Shown here: positions 9,809-19,139 of the stretch, in pieces
How the letters are laid out: each line of letters begins with the position of its first letter
Numbering within the stretch: position 1 is the first letter of the stretch
Origin: Treponemataceae bacterium
Lineage (GTDB): Bacteria > Spirochaetota > Spirochaetia > Treponematales > Rectinemataceae
DNA: 64,000 nt
Direction: 5' to 3'
NCBI GenBank assembly: GCA_963678065.2
Contig: CAXXVZ010000002.1
Location: 256,001 to 320,000 of the forward strand
Notes under the pieces: model-generated
The model's database searches: none
What the model was told of the DNA's origin: nothing
The model's input: only the letters and a program-made list of their open reading frames with translations
Position numbers and translations under genes: made by a program

Positions 9809-11251
9809 ATGAGCGAAGAAGCGGTGAACGTTGCGGACCTTCCCGGCGTTCGGGAAGGCGGCGGTCAGGAAAGCAGTCACCGAGACGACGACGCGCGCTT
9901 CGCGGAACTCGCCTCGCGCGTGAAATCAGGAATGCGACGTCTGCGTGTTCCGGGTGCCGTCCTCGGCGTCTGGGCAGGCGGCCGCGGGATGACAGCGGCC
10001 TTCGGGCGGATCAGCATCGAGAATCCTTTGCGCGTCACGCCGGAGACCCTCTTCCAGATCGGCTCCATCACGAAGACCATGACGACGGCAGCCCTCCTGC
10101 GCCTCGCCGAACTCGGAAAGCTCGACATGGACAGCCCGGTACGGAACCTGATCCCCGGCTTCGCCATGTCGGACCCGGAGGTCGTCGCCCGGCTCACCCC
10201 CCGGCATCTCGTCACCCACACGGGAGGCTGGGTGGGCGACTATTTCGATGATTTCGGCAACGGGGACGACGCGCTGCGAAAAATGGTCGAATCGATCGGC
10301 TGGCTGCCGCAGGTCACGCCCCTGGGCGAACTCTGGTCCTACAACAACGCTGGCTTCAACATCGCCGGCCGCCTCGTCGAGATCGCGGCCGGAAAGCCTT
10401 ACGAGACAGCGCTGAAGGAGCTTCTCCTCGATCCGATCGGGATGGAGCGCAGCTGGTTCTACCCCGACGACACCATGATCACACATCGCTTCGTCGTCGG
10501 CCACGAGAAGAAGGGTGGCCGGCACATCGTGTCGCGCCCCTGGGCCATCGGCCGGGCGGGCAACTGCGTGGGCGGGGGCGTCTGCGCCGCGGGAGATCTC
10601 CTCGCGTGGGCCCGCTTCATGATGGCCGGCGGGCTGAATGCGCGCGGCGAACGCGTGATGGAATCCGGGACAATCGCGGAAATGATGGAGCCGCGCATCC
10701 CGGCAGGCTTCGGGAGGAAGATGGGACTGTCCTGGTTCGTGCGCGAGCCGGGCGGGATAAAGATCTGCGGCCACGGCGGGGCGACGAACGGACAGCAGGC
10801 GGCCCTGCACTTCGCGCCCGGGCGCGACTTCGCCGCAACCCTCCTGACCAACGCGGAGGCGGGCGGAATCCTCACCGATTCGCTCGCTGAATGGATCGCC
10901 GAACTCTGGTTCGGGGTCGCGGCCGAAAAGCCTGCGCCGCTGATGGGCGCGGGACCGGCGGTCCTCGACGAGTACACCGGGCGCTACGACCTTCCCATCT
11001 CGACATTCGATCTTGCCCGCCGGCCCGGCGGCTTCACGCTCCGCGATATTCCCCGCGGCGGTTTTCCGAGACCGGACAGTCCGCCGGGCGACGCTGCCCC
11101 TCCCATGAGGGCGGTGCTCTGCGAGGGCGATCGCTTCCTCGTCCTGGACGAGCCTAAAAAAGGGTCCGTGGGAGAATTTCTGCGCGACACAACCGGGGCG
11201 CTGCGCTACTGCCGCCTGGGAGGCCGCGTACACATCAAACTGCCGGCCTGA
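9809..11251 (+). CDS. Serine hydrolase of the beta-lactamase/PBP-like (AmpC-type) family; probable cytoplasmic peptidase, amidase or esterase
   Basis: SxxK (IGSITK), YxN (SYNN), HGG motif, LVTHTGG; no signal peptide. Confidence 0.88.
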   Translation: MSEEAVNVADLPGVREGGGQESSHRDDDARFAELASRVKSGMRRLRVPGAVLGVWAGGRGMTAAFGRISIENPLRVTPETLFQIGSITKTMTTAALLRLAELGKLDMDSPVRNLIPGFAMSDPEVVARLTPRHLVTHTGGWVGDYFDDFGNGDDALRKMVESIGWLPQVTPLGELWSYNNAGFNIAGRLVEIAAGKPYETALKELLLDPIGMERSWFYPDDTMITHRFVVGHEKKGGRHIVSRPWAIGRAGNCVGGGVCAAGDLLAWARFMMAGGLNARGERVMESGTIAEMMEPRIPAGFGRKMGLSWFVREPGGIKICGHGGATNGQQAALHFAPGRDFAATLLTNAEAGGILTDSLAEWIAELWFGVAAEKPAPLMGAGPAVLDEYTGRYDLPISTFDLARRPGGFTLRDIPRGGFPRPDSPPGDAAPPMRAVLCEGDRFLVLDEPKKGSVGEFLRDTTGALRYCRLGGRVHIKLPA

Positions 11252-11330
11252 AAACCGATCGGACGGTAAACCCGCCGCAGTGTTGCGGGCCTCGAACCCA
11301 GACTGAAAATCGACGAAAAACCGACGTGCC

Positions 11331-11367
11331 AGAGGGTGATTATTCGAATTTCGGATAATCACCCTCT
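11331..11367. terminator. 37-nt near-perfect inverted repeat just upstream of the trp promoter (terminator of the opp operon or protein-binding site)
   Basis: AGAGGGTGATTATTCGAA-T-TTCGGATAATCACCCTCT, 17/18 complementary. Confidence 0.5.
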
Positions 11368-11376
11368 CTGTTACTA

Positions 11377-11405
11377 TTGACAGAAACAAAGTATCCGGAT
11401 ATCGT
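11377..11405 (+). promoter_or_regulatory. Putative sigma70 promoter of the trp operon
   Basis: TTGACA-17 nt-TATCGT. Confidence 0.7.
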
Positions 11406-11416
11406 CTGCAGCTATA

Positions 11417-11434
11417 GTTTCTATTAATAGAAAC
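11417..11434. promoter_or_regulatory. Perfect 18-bp palindrome, candidate trp operator
   Basis: GTTTCTATTAATAGAAAC between the -10 box and the trpE RBS (GGAGG). Confidence 0.65.
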
Positions 11435-11448
11435 ATCATGGAGGAATC

Positions 11449-12939
11449 GTGGTACGTCCATCCAGGGTCGACTACCTTAAAACTGCGAGACCGGGCAGAG
11501 TCATCGCCGTCGTCAAGGAAATTTCAGCCGACAGGCTGACGCCGATTGACGCTTTTTACGCCCTCAAGGCCTCGTATCTTCTGGAATCGGCCGAGCGCGG
11601 CGCGGCGATCGGCCGATACTCGTTTCTCGGCGTCGAGCCTATCGCGCGGTTGACCATAGAAGGCGAGCTCTGCACGGTCGCGGAGAACGGTACAGTGCGC
11701 AGCTTTTCATCTACCGATCCTCTCCGGGCAGTCGGCGACCTGGTCCGCGCCCGGCACTACGAGGGCGAAGGCGATCTGTCCCCCTTCCCCGGCGGCGCGG
11801 TAGGCTATCTCGGCTACGACGCGGTCAGGCGCTGGGAAAGTCTTCCGCCGCCCCCGGCAGGAGAAGGTCCGGAGCTGCCAGACGCCGTCTTCATGATCAC
11901 GCGCTACACTCTCGCCTTCGACAACCTCATGCACAGCCTCAGGATCATCTGCAACATCAGGGCAGGAGAGGATCCGGATGCCGACTATGTCGAGGCGGTG
12001 AAGGGGATCGAGTCCATCGCGTGGGCCCTGGAGCAGGCCGAAGCCGAGCGCGGCCGCGAGCGGGATCTGCCCGTCTCGGGCTTCACGGCGGGTGAGCCCG
12101 TTCCGAACATGACGAGGGAAGCATTCGAGGATTCGGTCCGGCAGGCGAAGGAACTCATCGCGTCGGGCGAGGCCATCCAGGTCGTTCTCTCGCAGCGTTT
12201 CTGCTCGGAGTTCTCGGGCGATCCTTTCGCGGTCTTCCGCTCCCTTCGCTCGATCAATCCCTCGCCCTACATGTTCTACCTCGATTTCGGCGACTTCGTG
12301 CTCTTCGGGGCTTCGCCCGAGGTCATGGTCAAGGTTCAGGACGGCAGGGCGATGCTCAGGCCGATAGCCGGCACCCGGCCGCGCGGCAAAAGCCCCGAGG
12401 AAGATGCGGCGTTCAGGGCTGAACTCCTCGCCGACGAGAAGGAGAGGGCCGAACACCTCATGCTCATCGACCTCGCACGCAACGACCTCGGCAGGATTGC
12501 CGCGGCCGGCACGGTCAGTATCGACAGGATGATGGAAGTCGAGATGTACTCCCATGTGATGCACATCGTTTCGGAAATTTCCGCCAGACTCGGACCCGGC
12601 GTCGACGTCTTCGACGTGATCCGGGCGACTTTTCCCGCGGGAACGGTCTCCGGAGCGCCCAAGATCCGCGCCATGGAGATCATCAACGCGCTGGAGCCCT
12701 CCAGAAGGGGATCCTACGCGGGCCTCGTCGGGTATTTCAGCTACCGCGGAGGTTTCGACTCCTGCATCGCGATCCGCTCGGCCGTCGCGAAGGACGGAAA
12801 AATCTACAACCAGTCAGGGGCGGGGATCGTCTACGACTCGGTCCCGGAAAAAGAGTACGAGGAGACGCTGAACAAGGCCAGGGCCATATTCGCCGCGCTC
12901 GAGCGGGCTGCCGGCCGGCCTATCGGAGGCAGAGTATGA
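11449..12939 (+). CDS. trpE: Anthranilate synthase component I
   Basis: YLLES and NPSPYM feedback motifs, GASPE, RPIAGTRPRG, KERAEHLMLIDLARND, FPAGTVSGAPKIRAM. Confidence 0.96.
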   Translation: MVRPSRVDYLKTARPGRVIAVVKEISADRLTPIDAFYALKASYLLESAERGAAIGRYSFLGVEPIARLTIEGELCTVAENGTVRSFSSTDPLRAVGDLVRARHYEGEGDLSPFPGGAVGYLGYDAVRRWESLPPPPAGEGPELPDAVFMITRYTLAFDNLMHSLRIICNIRAGEDPDADYVEAVKGIESIAWALEQAEAERGRERDLPVSGFTAGEPVPNMTREAFEDSVRQAKELIASGEAIQVVLSQRFCSEFSGDPFAVFRSLRSINPSPYMFYLDFGDFVLFGASPEVMVKVQDGRAMLRPIAGTRPRGKSPEEDAAFRAELLADEKERAEHLMLIDLARNDLGRIAAAGTVSIDRMMEVEMYSHVMHIVSEISARLGPGVDVFDVIRATFPAGTVSGAPKIRAMEIINALEPSRRGSYAGLVGYFSYRGGFDSCIAIRSAVAKDGKIYNQSGAGIVYDSVPEKEYEETLNKARAIFAALERAAGRPIGGRV

Positions 12940-14537
12940 TCCTGCTCATCGACAACTACGATTCCTTCACCTGGAACCTCGCGCAGGGTTTCATGATGCT
13001 CGGCGAAGAGGTGAAGGTCGTCCGCAACGACAAGATCGACTGCGCACAGGCCGAAGCCCTCGATTTCGACCAACTCGTCATCTCGCCCGGCCCGGGCAGT
13101 CCGGAAAAAGCGGGGCGCTCGGTGGAACTCATCCGGCATTTCGCGGGAAAGAAGCCCATCCTGGGCGTCTGCCTCGGTCACCAGGCGATCGGAGCGGCCT
13201 TCGGGGCGAAAATCGTCCGGGCGGCGCGCATCATGCACGGAAAGACCGACCTCGCCTCGCACGACGGGACAGGAGTCTTCGCGGATCTGCCCAACCCCCT
13301 GCGGGTCGTGCGCTACCACTCCCTGTGCATCGACAGGACGACGGTCCCGGAAGGCTTCGAGGTCACGGCGCGGGCTTCGGACGGCGAGATCATGGGCATC
13401 AGGAACCGCTCCCTCCGCATCGAGGGACTGCAGTTCCACCCCGAATCGGTCGGAACGGAGGAGGGGCAGAGAATCCTGCGCAATTTCCTCTCGGGCGTGA
13501 AGGAAAGACCTTCCTTTAAGGCCATGCTGAAACGGCTGACCGCCCGCGAGTCCCTGTCGGGCGAGGAAGCGGCGAGTCTCATGGACCAGATAGCCGAGGG
13601 CCTCGTCACGCCGGCACAGGTCGGGGCCTTCCTCGCGGCGATCACCCTGAAAGGCCCGACGGTCGCGGAGATCGCGGGCTTCGCTGCCTCCCTGCGGGAC
13701 AAAGCCCTGCGCCTGCCGCTTCCGGAAGGGCTCTCCCTCACCGACACCTGCGGGACGGGCGGGGATTCCTCGGGCACCTTCAACATTTCGACGACAGCGT
13801 CTTTCGTCGCCGCGGGAGCCGGCGTGAAGATGGCGAAGCACGGCAACCGCTCGATCACCTCCCGCTCGGGCTCCGCAGATGTCCTCGAGGCCCTCGGCGT
13901 TCCCATCGACCTGAAGCCGGCCGAGGCCGTGCGCGCCATCGAGACGACAGGCATGGCCTTCCTCTTTGCGCCGGCCTACCACCCCGCCTTCCGCGGAATC
14001 ATGGGACCGCGCCGCGAAGTCGGCTTCAGGACCGTGTTCAACATGATCGGCCCCATGCTCAATCCCGCCCGCGCCGCCTCCCAGGTCATGGGTGTCTACG
14101 CCCCCGAACTCACCGAGACTGCAGCCTCCGTCCTGGCGGCGCTCGGGGTCCATCGCGCGCTCGTGGTTCACGGCCTCGACGGGGTCGACGAGATCAGCCT
14201 CGCGGCGAAGACCAAGGTGACGGAGCTCCGGGACGGATGGACCCGCTCATGGATCCTCGACCCGGCCGAATATGGCTTCGCGCAGTGCGAGGCCGGGGAC
14301 CTCAAGGGAGGGGACGCGACGGAGAACGCGAAAATCACCGAGCGAGTGCTCTCAGGGGAGGCCGGTCCGAAGCGCGACGTCGTCGTCCTGAACGCTGCCG
14401 CCGCGATCCTCGTGGCCGGGCTCGCTCCCGATTTCGGCGCGGCAATCTCGTCGGCCCGGGCATCGATCGATTCAGGCCGCGCCGCGGAGGTTCTCGCCAG
14501 GCTGCGCGCGTTCAGCGGGCCCCGGGAGGGCAGATGA
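12936..14537 (+). CDS. trpGD: Fused anthranilate synthase component II (TrpG) and anthranilate phosphoribosyltransferase (TrpD)
   Basis: IDNYDSFT, SPGPG, GVCLGHQ, QFHPES, then DTCGTGGD, FNIST, AKHGNRSITSRSGSAD, HGLDGVDE. Confidence 0.96.
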   Translation: MILLIDNYDSFTWNLAQGFMMLGEEVKVVRNDKIDCAQAEALDFDQLVISPGPGSPEKAGRSVELIRHFAGKKPILGVCLGHQAIGAAFGAKIVRAARIMHGKTDLASHDGTGVFADLPNPLRVVRYHSLCIDRTTVPEGFEVTARASDGEIMGIRNRSLRIEGLQFHPESVGTEEGQRILRNFLSGVKERPSFKAMLKRLTARESLSGEEAASLMDQIAEGLVTPAQVGAFLAAITLKGPTVAEIAGFAASLRDKALRLPLPEGLSLTDTCGTGGDSSGTFNISTTASFVAAGAGVKMAKHGNRSITSRSGSADVLEALGVPIDLKPAEAVRAIETTGMAFLFAPAYHPAFRGIMGPRREVGFRTVFNMIGPMLNPARAASQVMGVYAPELTETAASVLAALGVHRALVVHGLDGVDEISLAAKTKVTELRDGWTRSWILDPAEYGFAQCEAGDLKGGDATENAKITERVLSGEAGPKRDVVVLNAAAAILVAGLAPDFGAAISSARASIDSGRAAEVLARLRAFSGPREGR

Positions 14538-15454
14538 CGGACATCCTGGAACGCATTGTCGAGGCAAGAAAGGTCGACATCGCGGCCGACAAGAGCGAAC
14601 GCCCTCTATCCTCGCTGCAGAGGGTCTCGCGGAAGCCGCTGGCAGCCTTCATGCCCCAATCTCCTTCCCGGCCGGAGCCGGAGCCGGAGTCGAGCCAGGG
14701 ACTGCGGCCGACGCTGCGGCCGCTCGTCATAGCGGAATGCAAGCGGGCCTCTCCTTCACGGGGAATGATGAAGGCTGACTACGATCCCGCGGCACTCGCG
14801 ACAGCCTACGCGAAGGGGGGCGCGGGCATGGTATCCGTCATCACCGAGCCGCGATTTTTTCTCGGCTCGGCCTCCCATCTCGAGGCGGTGAGAGAGGCTG
14901 TGTCCCTCCCCATCCTCCGCAAGGATTTCATCGTCGACCCGTACCAGATCGAAGAGGCCTGGGCCATCGGCGCCGACGCCATCCTCCTCATAGCGGCCAT
15001 TCTTGACTCAGGCGCGCTCCGGGAGCTCGCAGACTGCGCCCATGAACGCTCACTCTCGGTGCTCGTCGAAATCCACGGCGAAGACGAGATCGAAAAGGCA
15101 GTCGCCTGCGGCCCCGACGCCATAGGCGTCAACATGCGGAACCTGAGGGATTTTTCCGTCGATGGGACGCGCGCCCGGGACCTACTCGTCAGGGCCGAGT
15201 TCGCCAGAGCGGAGTTCGCCCGGGCAAAGCCGGGAACGCTTCCCAAGGACATCGTCGCCGTCGCTGAGTCGGGCCTGAAGACGGCCGCGGACGCGGTCGG
15301 CCTCTACCGTCAGGGATTCGGCGCCTTCCTCATTGGCGAAGCCTTCGTGACGGCGGCTGAGCCCGAGCGGGAGGTGAGATCCTTTGTCGACGCGCTGACC
15401 GAGGCCGGACGGGATATGCGGATGCGCGTTTCTTCCCGAGGGGAGGAAGCGTGA
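14534..15454 (+). CDS. trpC: Indole-3-glycerol-phosphate synthase
   Basis: Start MTDILERIV at 14534; IAECKRASPSRG, SVITEPRFFLG, LRKDFIVD, GVNMRNL, VAESG. Confidence 0.95.
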   Translation: MTDILERIVEARKVDIAADKSERPLSSLQRVSRKPLAAFMPQSPSRPEPEPESSQGLRPTLRPLVIAECKRASPSRGMMKADYDPAALATAYAKGGAGMVSVITEPRFFLGSASHLEAVREAVSLPILRKDFIVDPYQIEEAWAIGADAILLIAAILDSGALRELADCAHERSLSVLVEIHGEDEIEKAVACGPDAIGVNMRNLRDFSVDGTRARDLLVRAEFARAEFARAKPGTLPKDIVAVAESGLKTAADAVGLYRQGFGAFLIGEAFVTAAEPEREVRSFVDALTEAGRDMRMRVSSRGEEA

Positions 15455-16182
15455 GACCGAGCGTCAAGATCTGCGGCCTGACGAACTATGAGGACGCTGC
15501 CTGCGCCCTCGGACTCGGAGCCGACCTCATCGGATTCATCTTCGCCCCTTCGATCCGGCAGATCCCGCCTTGCGAGGCAGCGGTCATCGTCTCCCGGCTC
15601 AAGTCCGCCGGATTGCTCGGGCAGGCGAAGACAGTCGCTGTTTTCGTCAACGAGTCTCCGGAGAGGATGGCGGCTATTCTCCGCGAGACAGGCATCGATC
15701 TCGCCCAGATCCATGGAGACGAGAGCCCGCAAGACTGTGCGGCGTTCGATTTCCCCTGGTATCGCGCCCTCCGGATCTCCGCGAACAGAGCGGGCGACGC
15801 CGTCACCGCGTCGGTGCAGGGTCGGGATGCCGGTACGAGCGTCGACCTGGATACCGGAATCAGGCGCTACACCTGCTCCCGCCTGCTCTTCGACGCGGCC
15901 GTGCCGGGGATGTACGGAGGCAGCGGTACCACGATGGACAAAGAACGCGCGCGGGCCGCCATCGCCTCTGCCCGGAAAGCCGGCAAAGAAGTCTTCGTCG
16001 CGGGAGGGATCAGGCCGGAAAATGTCGCAAAGATCGTGCGCGACCTCGGGCCCGACGGGATCGATGTGGGGTCGGGAGTGGAAGAGCGGCCGGGCAAAAA
16101 GTCGGAAGAGAAGCTCGCCGCCCTGTTCCGGGAGCTCGACGCGCCTCGCGGAATGGAAAGGGAGGATGCATCCGATGTTTGA
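15451..16182 (+). CDS. trpF: Phosphoribosylanthranilate isomerase
   Basis: VKICGLT, GFIFAPSIR, VAVFVNE, QIHGDE, GGSG, VAGGIRPENV, IDVGSGVE. Confidence 0.95.
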   Translation: MRPSVKICGLTNYEDAACALGLGADLIGFIFAPSIRQIPPCEAAVIVSRLKSAGLLGQAKTVAVFVNESPERMAAILRETGIDLAQIHGDESPQDCAAFDFPWYRALRISANRAGDAVTASVQGRDAGTSVDLDTGIRRYTCSRLLFDAAVPGMYGGSGTTMDKERARAAIASARKAGKEVFVAGGIRPENVAKIVRDLGPDGIDVGSGVEERPGKKSEEKLAALFRELDAPRGMEREDASDV

Positions 16183-17605
16183 AAAAGACGAACAGACGGG
16201 AAGGACGATGCCCGGGGCCGCTTTGTGCGGCGAAGCGGGCCCAGGCCCGATCGGCTGCGACCGGGCGGACCCGCGCCAGAGCGACGGCAATCGACCGGAC
16301 CCAGCCGGGATCGGCCAAGGCCGGCGCGAGGAGCGGTACTTCGGGCAGTTCGGCGGCCGCTACATCCCCGAAGTGCTCCGCCCCGCCTTCGAGGAACTGG
16401 AGGCCGCCTACTCCGCCGCCCGGATCGATCCCGCCTTCCAGAGCGAGTTTGAGAGGCTCTGCGCCGACTACATCGGCCGCCCGACTCCGCTCTACTTCGC
16501 CGAAAACCTGAGCCGCGAGTTCGGCGGCCGGAAAATTTACCTCAAGCTCGAAGGTCTCGCCCACACCGGGGCCCACAAGATCAACAACGCCCTCGGTCAG
16601 GCGCTTATCGCGAAGCGGATGGGCAAAACGCGCGTCATCGCCGAGACCGGGGCCGGGCAGCACGGTCTCGCTACCGCGGCCGTCTGCGCGAAACTCGGCC
16701 TCGAGTGCGAGGTCTTCATGGGTGAAGTCGACATGGCGCGCCAGCATCCCAACGTTTTCGGCATGCGCATGTACGGCGCGAAGGTGACGCCGGTCACCGA
16801 GGGCGGCCGGACCCTCACGGACGCAGTCAACGCCGCCCTCAAAAACTGGACCGAACGCATCGACGACACCCACTACCTTCTCGGCTCGGCCCTGGGTCCC
16901 TACCCCTACCCGACTATGGTCAGGGATTTCCAGAGCGTCATCGGAAGGGAAACCAGGCGCCAGATCATCGAGCGGGAGGGACGGCTCCCCGACGTCATTT
17001 TCGCCTGTGTCGGCGGCGGCTCCAATTCCATCGGAATGTTCAGCGCCTTTCTGGAAGACTCAGTCAGGCTCGTCGGCGTCGAGGCCGGCGGCCTCGGGAT
17101 AGCGTCGGGCGCGCACGCGGTGCGCATGGGCAGGACGGGCAAAGTCGGCGTCGTCCAGGCATACAAATCCATCTTCCTCCAGGATGACAACGGTTCGCTG
17201 AAGCCCACCCATTCGGTGAGCGCGGGGCTCGACTACGCGGGAATCGGTCCGGAACTCGCCCATCTCGGAACGACGGGCCGCATCGAGTTCACGAGCGCGA
17301 CCGACGACGAAGTCCTCGCCGCCCTGGCTCTCGCGGCCCGCAAAGAGGGCATCATGGCCGCGCTGGAATCCTCCCACGCCCTCGCCGGAGCCTTCCGCGC
17401 CATGCCGGAGCTGGCCAGAGACGCGATCGTCGTCGTCAACATCTCCGGCAGGGGGGACAAAGACATCTTCATCACCGCTCCCCGTTTCGACCGCGACGAC
17501 TGGCTCGCCTTCCTCGAAAACGAAGCTGCGCGAATCAGAGATTCCGCGGCGCGAAACAGGGGTTCGGAGCCACAATGCAAGGAGACCGACGATGACCGGA
17601 ATTGA
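16175..17605 (+). CDS. trpB: Tryptophan synthase beta chain (start approximate, N-terminal extension)
   Basis: YFGQFGGRYIPE, GRPTPL, HTGAHKINN (PLP Lys), AETGAGQHG, CVGGGSN, SAGLDY, NISGRGDKD; ATG 16175 after GGGAGG. Confidence 0.95.
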   Translation: MFEKDEQTGRTMPGAALCGEAGPGPIGCDRADPRQSDGNRPDPAGIGQGRREERYFGQFGGRYIPEVLRPAFEELEAAYSAARIDPAFQSEFERLCADYIGRPTPLYFAENLSREFGGRKIYLKLEGLAHTGAHKINNALGQALIAKRMGKTRVIAETGAGQHGLATAAVCAKLGLECEVFMGEVDMARQHPNVFGMRMYGAKVTPVTEGGRTLTDAVNAALKNWTERIDDTHYLLGSALGPYPYPTMVRDFQSVIGRETRRQIIEREGRLPDVIFACVGGGSNSIGMFSAFLEDSVRLVGVEAGGLGIASGAHAVRMGRTGKVGVVQAYKSIFLQDDNGSLKPTHSVSAGLDYAGIGPELAHLGTTGRIEFTSATDDEVLAALALAARKEGIMAALESSHALAGAFRAMPELARDAIVVVNISGRGDKDIFITAPRFDRDDWLAFLENEAARIRDSAARNRGSEPQCKETDDDRN

Positions 17606-18434
17606 GCGAATCCGCGCGGCGTTCGAAAAAAACACGCGCCGCCACCCTTCGGAGTCCCAACGTGGCCCCGAGTCCCGGCGCCTCCCCAGCCTCATGACTC
17701 ACGCCGTCTGCGGTTACCCCGATCTCGCGACCTCAGAGCGGCTCATGCGCGCCATGACCGATGCCGGGAGCGACATCATCGAAGCCCAGATCCCCTTCAG
17801 CGACCCATCCGCGGACGGGCCGGCCATCGTCGCGGCCAACCACGGAGCTCTGGCATCGGGCGCTACGACGGCTTCCTGTCTCGACATGCTCGCCCGGCTC
17901 CGCGACCGGACGGGAAAACCCATCATCGTCATGAGCTACCTGAACCCTCTCCTGGCCTTCGGCATCGAGAGACTCGCCGGATACATGGTCCGGAACGGGC
18001 TCGACGGTGTCATTGTGCCCGACTGTCCGGAGGATGAACCCGAGTACAGGCTGCCGGAAATCATGGCCGACTCGGGCCTCGCCTTCGTGCCCCTCATCGC
18101 CCCTTCCACAGGCGCCGTGAGGGCTCGCGAGCTTGCCGCACGGAGCTCCTCACCGTTCATCTACGCCGTGATGCGCCTCGGAGTGACGGGACGGGCGACA
18201 CAGATCACCGGTGAGGCGCGAGAGAGGCTCGCCGCCCTCCGCGATGCGACCGGCCGCCGCGTGGCCGCCGGGTTCGGGCTCGGAGAGAGAGCCCAAATGG
18301 AAGCTCTCGCGGGATACGCCGACTGCGCGATAGTCGGGAGCGCCGCCCTCGCCGTCTTCAACCGGGCGCGCGGGGCCGGGCAGGATGGAGTCGGCGCCGT
18401 CGGGGATTTCGTCAGGAAGCTCAGGGGCTGGTGA
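17592..18434 (+). CDS. trpA: Tryptophan synthase alpha chain
   Basis: IEAQIPFSDPSADGP, MSYLNP, LIAPST, GVTG, AGFG, IVGSA. Confidence 0.95.
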   Translation: MTGIERIRAAFEKNTRRHPSESQRGPESRRLPSLMTHAVCGYPDLATSERLMRAMTDAGSDIIEAQIPFSDPSADGPAIVAANHGALASGATTASCLDMLARLRDRTGKPIIVMSYLNPLLAFGIERLAGYMVRNGLDGVIVPDCPEDEPEYRLPEIMADSGLAFVPLIAPSTGAVRARELAARSSSPFIYAVMRLGVTGRATQITGEARERLAALRDATGRRVAAGFGLGERAQMEALAGYADCAIVGSAALAVFNRARGAGQDGVGAVGDFVRKLRGW

Positions 18435-18644
18435 GCCTGTTTGCCGATGGGCCGGTGGTCCGGCGAGGGCGACGAAAGCCCCGACACGCTTCTGCGTCCG
18501 AAGATAGCCCGCTCGATTTCCACGCCTTCCTCATGTTGTGCATATACACATAAATCAGCAAAATAACAGTGTACTTGCATATTTTTTACAATAACTATTG
18601 ACAATTCATACATTCCATATGAAAACTGGCACTCAAGGAAAACC

Positions 18645-19094
18645 ATGAGCTACAAACTCGACAACTACGACATCGAAATCATCCGCAATCTGTGGAACGG
18701 ACGCACTCCCTACCAGGAAATAGCCAAGACCGTAGGCCTCACGACGAATACGGTGCGCAACCGGGTCAACAGAATGATAGAGAGCGGTGCGCTGCAGATC
18801 ATCAGCCTCGTGAATCCGACCGCCCTCGAAAACCATCAGGCCGCATATATAGGTTTCAAGATTCTGCCGCAGAAGATGACGGCGGCGCTGAACGCGATCT
18901 CGTCGCTGAAAGGCGTGGTGGGAGCCTCCTCCGTCAGCGGGAGGTTCGACATCATGGCCGTCGTCATGTTCAACGAGGAGCATTCCTACCAGCGTTTTCT
19001 GGAAGAAGAGCTGAAGAAAGTGGATGGCCTTCTGAGCTCGGAAACCTTTTTCGCGATCGGGGGAGACACCTTCCAGTTGCGCTATGTCCTGTAG
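18645..19094 (+). CDS. Lrp/AsnC-family transcriptional regulator
   Basis: LDNYDIEIIRNL...RTPYQEIAKTVGLTTNTVRNRVNRM HTH; VSGRFDI in the RAM domain; AT-rich upstream region with TTGACA at 18598. Confidence 0.92.
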   Translation: MSYKLDNYDIEIIRNLWNGRTPYQEIAKTVGLTTNTVRNRVNRMIESGALQIISLVNPTALENHQAAYIGFKILPQKMTAALNAISSLKGVVGASSVSGRFDIMAVVMFNEEHSYQRFLEEELKKVDGLLSSETFFAIGGDTFQLRYVL

Positions 19095-19139
19095 GGTTTT
19101 CAGCCAAATCCTGTAGATACATCAAGAAAAGGAGCTGTC

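Noticed and set aside
9809..11251. Beta-lactam resistance gene
   Set aside because: No signal peptide, HGG rather than KTG motif, and a peptide-transport context. The family is mostly peptidases and esterases.
15488..16174. Open frame running through trpF into trpB (possible frameshift fusion)
   Set aside because: The translation is Ser/Arg/Pro-rich noise, no slippery site is evident, and trpB has its own RBS and ATG at 16175.
18444..18481. Hammerhead-like or riboswitch-like pattern (CCGATGG-stem-GAGG...GAAA) after trpA
   Set aside because: Several invariant hammerhead core bases (CUGANGA, GAAA) are not matched. More likely a simple 3' hairpin.
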